A stretch of DNA of 14,122 nucleotides. Origin: an uncultured Cytophagaceae bacterium. GTDB lineage: Bacteria > Bacteroidota > Bacteroidia > Cytophagales > Microscillaceae. The stretch is from NCBI GenBank assembly GCA_937899305.1, contig CALDJV010000935.1, positions 1 to 14,122 on the forward strand, written 5' to 3'. This document shows, piece after piece, positions 7,417 through 14,122 of the stretch. The notes beneath the pieces were generated by a model. The model saw only the letters and a program-made list of their open reading frames with translations, was not told the origin of the DNA and searched no databases. The position numbers and the translations under genes are program-made. Within the stretch, counting starts at the first letter, position 1; every line of letters starts with the position of its first letter.

Positions 7417-8040
7417 ATGAAAATATATTTTACCCTTGATGAACTTCCTGAACAATATCAAAAACAATTCAAGGCCGGATTTGACCTCAATCATCTCCAG
7501 CAATTTTACCCTGCCACCAATCCTTATGGCACTACCCTATTTACCCTGATTGCCTTTGGCTTGCCCGCCATTTTGGTCATCGTTTTAGTAATCATGGCGC
7601 TTTTTCAGCCTATGGCCAACCCTCCTCAAACCACCCAAGATTGGCTCATTTTTGTTAGTATTGCCGCTTTTCTATTACTCATTCTGGGTGGCCTCGCTTG
7701 GTGGATTGTTCGGGTATTCAAAAACTTTCGAGTTGTTTCTCAAATTAAAAAGATACGCAAGGAAAAAGGGCTTAGTCACTATGGATTGCTCTTAGATGAA
7801 CACTTGGTGTACCGGCCCATTGCTACCCAAAAACCAATACTGATGTTACCTAAAGACTTGGTCCGTCGGGTAAAGCAAGTGTCTCAACGGGTAGAAGGCA
7901 GCAACCGACAATACTTACAACTGATTTACTTTGATGAAGACCAACAGCAGGAGTTTTATGTCGAGATGAGCCGCTATGAACTAGATAAGCAGTACACTCA
8001 AGGCAGGACCCTGAGTACCATTATAGAAAAATGGAAATAA
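7417..8040 (+). CDS. Hypothetical 2-TM inner-membrane protein (paralogue of the gene at 8683-9363)
   Basis: It has a 207-aa ORF with an ATG start. The N-terminal cytoplasmic motif is QKQFKAGF...LQQFYP. Two hydrophobic helices follow (FTLIAFGLPAILVIVLVIMALF and LIFVSIAAFLLLILGGLAWWIV). The C-terminal domain of about 100 aa has a conserved YRP motif. It is clearly paralogous to the third gene of the cluster. Confidence 0.7.
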   Translation: MKIYFTLDELPEQYQKQFKAGFDLNHLQQFYPATNPYGTTLFTLIAFGLPAILVIVLVIMALFQPMANPPQTTQDWLIFVSIAAFLLLILGGLAWWIVRVFKNFRVVSQIKKIRKEKGLSHYGLLLDEHLVYRPIATQKPILMLPKDLVRRVKQVSQRVEGSNRQYLQLIYFDEDQQQEFYVEMSRYELDKQYTQGRTLSTIIEKWK

Positions 8041-8044
8041 AAAT

Positions 8045-8617
8045 ATGAAGTACACATCGAAAAATAAGTATCAAATAGGGTGGTTGATTGTATGGGGTAT
8101 TTGCCAATGGCTTACCGGGTGTTACCCCATCTACCTCGAAAGGTCTAAAGCCAATGGGGAAATGCGAACGGTGAAAACCTGGCATTTTACCAGAAACCTA
8201 GTCAAGCACAAATCACTGACCTCAGATGGAAAACTTGTCAAACGATTTTATATCTCGCCTAGTGCCCGATGCTTGTCTCGCCAAGACATCAAACTCATCA
8301 AAAAACAATTGAGGACCAAAAAAGTCAGGTTTACAAACTATACCATCTACTCACAAGATTGCAAAGCTGTATTTTCACTCTCGGTAGACGATTACATTGC
8401 TCCTTTTTACCGCATTTCAATTCCCATGATCAAGACAAATGGGAAAATATTTATCAATCATTGCCTTCAGGATAACCCTCCCCTTGCGGAATTGCTTGTC
8501 ATTGAAAAACTACTCCGTAAGGAGTTTTCAGCAGATGTAGTAAAAACCATTCTGGCTCGTTATAAAAGAGGTACGCAACGGTTTGTCAGGCGTCATTATC
8601 ATCGAACGAGGCATTGA
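8045..8617 (+). CDS. Hypothetical protein, putative lipoprotein (lipobox L-T-G-C at Cys26), very basic C-terminal tail
   Basis: It has a 190-aa ORF that starts 4 nt after the previous stop. The N-terminus MKYTSKNKYQIGWLIVWGICQWLTGC has a positively charged n-region, a hydrophobic h-region and an LTGC lipobox. The C-terminus is RYKRGTQRFVRRHYHRTRH. No recognisable domain. Confidence 0.55.
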   Translation: MKYTSKNKYQIGWLIVWGICQWLTGCYPIYLERSKANGEMRTVKTWHFTRNLVKHKSLTSDGKLVKRFYISPSARCLSRQDIKLIKKQLRTKKVRFTNYTIYSQDCKAVFSLSVDDYIAPFYRISIPMIKTNGKIFINHCLQDNPPLAELLVIEKLLRKEFSADVVKTILARYKRGTQRFVRRHYHRTRH

Positions 8618-8682
8618 AGCAGGTCATCAACAAGGCGCTAAAACCAACTCAACCAGGTTCTTTAATCAAACGATTTAGAAAA

Positions 8683-9363
8683 ATGCAGGTATATCATTCG
8701 TGGAAAGACTTTCCAATTTCCTGTCAAAAACAATTGAAAGAAGGTTTTAATACTCAAAATCTCAAGGATTTTTATCCAACATCTACCAACTTCTGGATGT
8801 ATTTGCTTGGGACGGTTTTATTAGGCATTCCAGGATTCATTGCCAGTATTTGGGGAGTCATTGCTATAGTAGATTTGCTATTTTTTCAGGATAATTTTTC
8901 TGATTCTTCTAGTATAAGCGACACCATTGTATTGGTGGTGGCCGTTTTGATTGTCCTCATTCTATTGATCGCTTTTTTTATTTGGGGAATCAACCTATTC
9001 ACCAATTTTATGAGAGCCATCCAAATAAAGCAAGGCCACAAAAAACAACGGGTATATTTTGGTTTGTGGTTAGCCACCGATGCACTCATTTACCGTCCAC
9101 GATTGGCAAATAAAAAACCGATCTATATTTCTAAAAAACAAGTAACTAAAGCCGAATGGCATTCCGAAATACTCCCTTCAGGTTCGGGTGGAGGCAAACA
9201 TCAAGTATACTTTAGTTTGATATATTATCACGATTCAGTTCAAAATGTCGAATACCATATTAGGATTGACCAAGAAGCACTGGATGCCCAATACTTGCAA
9301 CAAAGGGAGGTGTATCAAATTGTAAATGATTGGCTGACCAAAAAGGGGAAAAGGAGGCATTGA
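8683..9363 (+). CDS. Hypothetical 2-TM inner-membrane protein (paralogue of 7417-8040)
   Basis: The ORF track opens at a TTG at 8614 that overlaps the preceding stop. The first ATG, at 8683, gives an N-terminus MQVYHSWKDFPISCQKQLKEGFNTQNLKDFYP. That aligns residue for residue with MKIYFTLDELPEQYQKQFKAGFDLNHLQQFYP of the first gene. Two TM helices follow, then a conserved block GL.L....L[VI]YRP....KPI. The true start is uncertain between 8614 and 8683. Confidence 0.65.
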   Translation: MQVYHSWKDFPISCQKQLKEGFNTQNLKDFYPTSTNFWMYLLGTVLLGIPGFIASIWGVIAIVDLLFFQDNFSDSSSISDTIVLVVAVLIVLILLIAFFIWGINLFTNFMRAIQIKQGHKKQRVYFGLWLATDALIYRPRLANKKPIYISKKQVTKAEWHSEILPSGSGGGKHQVYFSLIYYHDSVQNVEYHIRIDQEALDAQYLQQREVYQIVNDWLTKKGKRRH

Positions 9364-9750
9364 CTTTCGAGACCTGATTACAGTTATTTTTTACCGATCA
9401 TGTTTAAGAATTAGCATCAATCATACACTATTACCAAGGCATATTTGTGCTTGTCTTGCCTCGCTATGAAACCATCTGTCTGTCTCATACGTTACACAAA
9501 AGAGAAAAAATCCTAACAAAGGAATAAGAATCAATCAACTTATCAATTATCAGAGTTAAGATGCTCTGAAATCCACTTCTTCACCTTACTTAGGTGTCTT
9601 CACTAACCGGTGATTATACCATTAAATTCACTTTGGAAGGTTGTAGTTTTTAGGTGCTCACTCTTCAGGTAGCAGTTGCGTAATTAGGGGCAATTTTGCT
9701 CACCCTGCTACCCTACAAACTTTTCATGAAGCAAAACCACAGCACATTTT

Positions 9751-10503
9751 CTAGCTTTTTTTAGTATTGACCAACTCCAAAGTACGGCAAGTTTTTTCGG
9801 CAGCGGCTTGCTCAGCTTTCTTTTTGCTAAATCCAGTACCGCTGGCAACTGGTTCTTCGTCTATGATAACCTGTGCTACAAATTGTCGTTGATGTTTGGA
9901 TCCTTCCTCTTTCACAATCTCAAACCGTAGCTCCCGATTGTTTTTCTGAGCCCACTCGATTACAATACTTTTGTAGTTTTGGTTGTTCTCGATGATTTCT
10001 CCCAAGTCTAAGTGGCCCATCACAATTTTCCTTACTACAAATTTACGGCAGTAATGGAAGCCTTTGTCCAGATAGACCGCTCCAACCAATGCCTCTAGAG
10101 CATCACCTCCCATAGATTTGTAAGTAAAATTGTTTCTACGGCTTCCCTCAAACTTGATCAAGTCCTGGATACCCATTTTGCGAGACAATTGGTTCAAAGA
10201 TTCCCGATTAACAATTCGCGCTCGAATTTCAGTCAAAAAACCTTCTTCTTTGAATGGATATTTTTTGAATAGGTAATCGGCTACTATTGCGCCTAGAATA
10301 GCATCACCCAGATACTCTAAGCGTTCATTAGACTCTTTGAATCCATCTTGCAGCGATTTGGAAGCCGAAGTGTGGCTCAGGGCAAGTTGATAAAGAGAAA
10401 GGTTAAACGGCTTGTGTCCAATAATTCTCTTGATAGAATTGGCAAGCCGTTTTTCTTCTTCGGTATGTTTTTTAAGTAGTTTAGATATAAATCTAAAAAT
10501 CAC
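9751..10503 (-). CDS. rnc: Ribonuclease III
   Basis: The RNase III signature ERLEYLGDAILGAIVADYLF is present. A C-terminal dsRBD-like region carries the AEQAAAEKTCRTL motif. It has a GTG start overlapping the fabF stop by 1 nt, and 250 aa. Confidence 0.9.
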   Translation of the reverse strand: MIFRFISKLLKKHTEEEKRLANSIKRIIGHKPFNLSLYQLALSHTSASKSLQDGFKESNERLEYLGDAILGAIVADYLFKKYPFKEEGFLTEIRARIVNRESLNQLSRKMGIQDLIKFEGSRRNNFTYKSMGGDALEALVGAVYLDKGFHYCRKFVVRKIVMGHLDLGEIIENNQNYKSIVIEWAQKNNRELRFEIVKEEGSKHQRQFVAQVIIDEEPVASGTGFSKKKAEQAAAEKTCRTLELVNTKKS

Positions 10504-11756
10504 TACATTTCTAATTTTTTAAAAACTAAGGTAAAATTATGTCCGCCAAAACCAAAGGTATTGCTCATGGCATAATTTATTTCTCTTTCCTGAACTTTGT
10601 TGAAGGTAAAATTCAACTTTTTGTCAAATTGCTCATCATCCGTAAAATGGTTGATGGTAGGAGGAACAACTTGATGTTGAATTGCCAAAATAGTCGCTAC
10701 GGCTTCTATTGCGCCAGCAGCTCCTAACAAATGCCCAGTCATTGACTTGGTAGAGCTAATATTAAGATTATAAGCGTGTTCACCAAATACTTTTTGAATG
10801 GCTAAAGCTTCGCTGTAGTCTCCCAAAGGAGTAGAAGTACCGTGTACATTGATATAATCAATGGCTTCGGCAGTTATCCCAGCATCATTCAATGCATCTT
10901 GCATCACCTTGATTGCTCCTAGCCCTTCAGGATGAGGAGCAGTAAGATGGTGAGCATCAGAAGACATACCGCCACCTACCAATTCAGCATAAATTTTAGC
11001 ACCACGTGCCTTGGCGTGTTCGTATTCTTCTAGTATGATGGCTCCACCACCTTCTCCAAGTACAAAGCCATCTCGTTCCTTGTCGAAAGGGCGAGAAGCA
11101 GTAGTTGGAGAATCGTTTCTTTCAGAAAGTGCTTTCAAAGCATTGAAGCCTCCAATACCTGTTTCGGTTACTGCTGCTTCTGAGCCTCCCGAAACGGCCA
11201 TGTCAATTCTACCCAAGCGGATGTAATTGAAAGCATCTACCATGGCATTGGTAGCCGATGCACAAGCCGAAACCGTTACGTAGTTTGGCCCTCGAAAGCC
11301 ATATTTTATAGAGATGTGACCCGAACTTAGGTCAGCAATCATTTTAGGTATAAAAAACGGACTAAACTTAGGAGTTCCATTGCCTTGGGCAAATCCCATT
11401 ACTTCGTCCTGGAAAGACTTCAAACCACCAATACCTGCCCCCCAGATAACTCCTACTCGATCTTTGTTGATGCTATCTAGGTTTACTTGTGCATCTTGGA
11501 TGGCTTCTTCGCAAGCCACCAATGCATAGTGGGTAAAAATATCCATCCGGCGTGCATCACGACGATGAATATGGTCTTCAACGTTGAAGTTTTTTACCTC
11601 ACAGGCAAATTTAGTTTTGAATTTTTCTGCGTCAAACTTAGTAATTGGAGCAGCCCCACTTACCCCATTCTTTAAACCCTCCCAAAACTCAGGTACAGTA
11701 TTACCGATGGGAGTGAGTGAGCCTAATCCAGTTACTACAACTCGTCTTAAATTCAT
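10503..11756 (-). CDS. fabF: 3-oxoacyl-[acyl-carrier-protein] synthase II (KAS II)
   Basis: The protein is 417 aa. It has the active-site Cys in VSACASATNA, the HGTSTPLGD His motif and the NISSTKSMTGHLLGAAG motif. The overall beta-ketoacyl-ACP synthase family layout is typical. Confidence 0.95.
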   Translation of the reverse strand: MNLRRVVVTGLGSLTPIGNTVPEFWEGLKNGVSGAAPITKFDAEKFKTKFACEVKNFNVEDHIHRRDARRMDIFTHYALVACEEAIQDAQVNLDSINKDRVGVIWGAGIGGLKSFQDEVMGFAQGNGTPKFSPFFIPKMIADLSSGHISIKYGFRGPNYVTVSACASATNAMVDAFNYIRLGRIDMAVSGGSEAAVTETGIGGFNALKALSERNDSPTTASRPFDKERDGFVLGEGGGAIILEEYEHAKARGAKIYAELVGGGMSSDAHHLTAPHPEGLGAIKVMQDALNDAGITAEAIDYINVHGTSTPLGDYSEALAIQKVFGEHAYNLNISSTKSMTGHLLGAAGAIEAVATILAIQHQVVPPTINHFTDDEQFDKKLNFTFNKVQEREINYAMSNTFGFGGHNFTLVFKKLEM

Positions 11757-11772
11757 AAACAGAGTTTATTTT

Positions 11773-12015
11773 TTACTTTACGTTCTCTTCTAGGTAGGTA
11801 ATGGCCTGTCCCACGGTTCCAATATTTTCTGCGTGATCGTCAGGAATAGAAATTTCAAACTCTTTTTCAAACTCCATGATCAGTTCGACAGTATCCAAAG
11901 AATCAGCCCCTAAATCATTAGTGAAGCTTGCTTCTGGAGTAACCTCTGACTCTTCAACACCAAGTTTATCAATAATGATATTATTAACTTTTTTTGCAAT
12001 TTCTGACATTTTCAA
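11773..12015 (-). CDS. acpP: Acyl carrier protein
   Basis: It is about 78 aa with the phosphopantetheine-attachment motif [17 protein letters not shown]. The true start may be the ATG two codons inside the ORF (MSEIAKK...). Confidence 0.9.
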   Translation of the reverse strand: MKMSEIAKKVNNIIIDKLGVEESEVTPEASFTNDLGADSLDTVELIMEFEKEFEISIPDDHAENIGTVGQAITYLEENVK

Positions 12016-12449
12016 TAATAGTTTAGTTAAAAAAACTCTGCAAAGAAATGCATTAAAAACAATATTATCAAACTATTTTAACGATTCGTGATCTGATTCG
12101 CTGGAAATTATATTATTGTTAAATATTGCTTTCTTTGGATAGTTATTTGGCAAAAACACCTTGAATTATCTTTTTTGTGAATCCAAACATCCATATTATT
12201 TTTGGACATCACAAAAAAACGCAAAATATAATTTTGAGCCTTAGTGCTGGTTTGTCAATCACTGGATCGCAAAGACAAAGCGTTAAAAAATGATCGTAAA
12301 TGGCGCTAATTATCTTCACATTACCAATATATTGTAGCTTTTTACAAAATAGTAGTACAAATTGATCAAAATTTGATGCATATTGCGGCCATTGTACAAA
12401 AAATTCTCCCCATAACTAAATTGAGACAAAAACACATAAGATAGATAAG
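12016..12449. promoter_or_regulatory. Divergent AT-rich intergenic region between acpP (minus strand) and pyk (plus strand); presumed promoters
   Basis: The 430-bp stretch has no ORF. It contains the near-palindrome TTGATCAAAATTTGATGCA about 55 nt upstream of pyk. No specific promoter elements were called. Confidence 0.3.
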
Positions 12450-13877
12450 ATGAAACCATTTTTCAACAAAACAAAAGTAATCGCAACTGTGGGTCCCGCC
12501 ATTAATACCAAAGAAAAACTATTGGAAATGGTTCAGGAAGGTACCGATGTATTTAGATTGAATTTCTCACACGGAAGCCACGAAGAGCACAAAAAGGTGA
12601 TTCAATATATTCGTGAGCTAAATAAAGAGCATAACTTAAATATATGTATTCTACAGGATTTGCAAGGTCCTAAAATTCGCCTGGGAGAAGTTGCTTCTGA
12701 TCAGGAGTTTTTGAAAGCCGGAAAAAAAGTAACAATTACGACCCAACCTATTAAGTCTACGGCTAAAAAAATTAGCACCACTTACAAAGCTTTTGTAAAC
12801 GATGTAAAACCGGACGATCAGATTTTGATTGATGATGGTAAGATCGAACTAAAAGTATTGGAGGTAAGAAACAAAGAGGTCGTTGCTGAGGTGATATACG
12901 GTGGACAATTGAAGTCTAAAAAAGGAATTAACCTTCCTAGTACCAATATATCTTCTCCTTCGTTGACCGAAAAAGATACCAAAGATTTGATGTTTGGCCT
13001 GGAAGAAGAGGTAGACTGGATTGCTTTGTCGTTTGTACGCTCGCCCATCGATGTATTGCTATTGAAGCACATCATCAAGCAACAGGGCAAAGAAATAAAG
13101 GTCATTGCCAAGGTAGAAAAACCAGAAGCCATTGATCAAATAGATGCCATTATTGAAGCATCTGATGCCATTATGGTAGCCCGTGGAGACTTGGGAGTAG
13201 AGGTGAAAATTGAGGAAGTACCTTTGATTCAAAAATTGATCGCTCAAAAATGTCGTCAAGTAGGCAAACCCGTCATCATTGCTACTCAAATGCTGGAAAG
13301 TATGATTGACAACCCTCGCCCTACTCGCGCCGAAACCAATGACATTGCCAATGCGGTAATGGATGGTGCCGATACGTTGATGCTCAGCGGAGAAACTGCG
13401 GTGGGTAAGTATCCACTGGAAACGGTGCGTACGATGAATGAGACCATCCGGATTATGGAGCAAAAAAGTGAGAGTATTTACCATAAAAAAGAGGTACTGC
13501 ACCGTAAGTCTCCCACTTATTATAATGACAGCATCATTGCGGCAGCCTGTGTATTGGCCCAAGATACCCATGCTAAAGGCATTGTGGGTATGACTCAATC
13601 GGGGTACACCGCTTTTCAGGTGGCTCGTTTCCGCCCCAAGGCACATATTTTTATATTTACGGCCAATCGTAAACTGCTCAACCGCTTGAGTCTGGTTTGG
13701 GGAGTAAGGGCTTTTTATTATGACAAGTTTACCTCTACTGATGATACTTTTGACGAGGTATTGGGACTACTTCAGCAAGAAGGGCACCTCAACAAAGGGG
13801 ATATTTGCATTAACTTGGCCAGTATGCCCATTGCCAAGCGACAACGTACCAATACCATTAAGATGTCGCAGATCTAA
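12450..13877 (+). CDS. pyk: Pyruvate kinase
   Basis: The protein is 475 aa. Its N-terminus is KVIATVGPAINTKEKLLEMVQEGTDVFRLNFSHGSHEEH. It has the MVARGDLGVEV active-site loop. A C-terminal effector-binding domain is present. Confidence 0.95.
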   Translation: MKPFFNKTKVIATVGPAINTKEKLLEMVQEGTDVFRLNFSHGSHEEHKKVIQYIRELNKEHNLNICILQDLQGPKIRLGEVASDQEFLKAGKKVTITTQPIKSTAKKISTTYKAFVNDVKPDDQILIDDGKIELKVLEVRNKEVVAEVIYGGQLKSKKGINLPSTNISSPSLTEKDTKDLMFGLEEEVDWIALSFVRSPIDVLLLKHIIKQQGKEIKVIAKVEKPEAIDQIDAIIEASDAIMVARGDLGVEVKIEEVPLIQKLIAQKCRQVGKPVIIATQMLESMIDNPRPTRAETNDIANAVMDGADTLMLSGETAVGKYPLETVRTMNETIRIMEQKSESIYHKKEVLHRKSPTYYNDSIIAAACVLAQDTHAKGIVGMTQSGYTAFQVARFRPKAHIFIFTANRKLLNRLSLVWGVRAFYYDKFTSTDDTFDEVLGLLQQEGHLNKGDICINLASMPIAKRQRTNTIKMSQI

Positions 13878-13900
13878 TTGTAATTACTAAGCTTTTATTG

Positions 13901-13950
13901 ATCCCTTTTATAATATATGGATATTGTAAAAGGGATTTTTGTTGTTTTTT
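13901..13950 (+). terminator. Rho-independent terminator of pyk
   Basis: The stem ATCCCTTTTA-(16 nt)-TAAAAGGGAT has 10 bp. It is followed by TTTTGTTGTTTTTTTT and lies about 25 nt after the pyk stop. Confidence 0.6.
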
Positions 13951-14122
13951 TTCAAAATGTAGTACAATCCTCTCCTCAACAAAACAATCACCAATGTCTG
14001 TCAAGCCTGATGCATCTGTGCATATTTAGCATACCCACAAATTCTCCTGAAAATATTCGGCTAGCCGAGTATTTTTTTTATTTTTGTTAATGGAGTTTTT
14101 GGTACTCAATCTCTATTTTTTT

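Noticed and set aside
8269-9089. ORFs 8269-8475 (+) and 8886-9089 (-)
   Set aside because: They are embedded, out of frame or antisense, within the tightly packed three-gene operon and have no motif support.
10539-13646. Short ORFs antisense to fabF, acpP and pyk (10539-10727, 11011-11226, 11487-11675, 11584-11793, 11876-12091, 12818-13132, 13059-13646)
   Set aside because: These are shadow ORFs opposite highly conserved housekeeping genes.
1-14122. tRNA, rRNA or tmRNA genes
   Set aside because: Intergenic regions were scanned for GTTCGA/TTCGAAT T-loop-like motifs with matching acceptor stems. Nothing with a cloverleaf-compatible layout was found.

Overview
This 14.1 kb window looks like a Bacteroidetes-type chromosome (inference from the contiguous acpP-fabF-rnc arrangement, ORFs without Shine-Dalgarno sequences, and AT-rich intergenic spacers). 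It splits into two parts. The right third (about 9.7-14.1 kb) is conserved housekeeping: rnc, fabF and acpP on the minus strand, divergent from pyruvate kinase (pyk) on the plus strand. The left two thirds (1 to about 9.7 kb) look accessory. They hold (i) a full-length homologue of the eukaryotic major vault protein (MVP); (ii) directly upstream of it on the same strand, behind its own intrinsic terminator, a 557-aa protein with an N-terminal heptad tandem repeat, a DUF4157-type HExxH (zincin-like) domain of the kind found on polymorphic toxins and contractile-injection-system cargo, and a C-terminal domain with a papain-like Cys/His arrangement; (iii) a divergent secreted S8 subtilase; (iv) two distinct tandem-repeat arrays in the subtilase 3' region; and (v) a tight three-gene operon of unrecognised proteins, two paralogous 2-TM membrane proteins flanking a putative lipoprotein. 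No tRNA, rRNA or CRISPR array was seen. Coordinates of the small hairpins and repeats are hand-counted and may be off by about 1 nt. CDS coordinates follow the supplied ORF track, except subtilase (start reset to 5256) and gene C (start reset to 8683).
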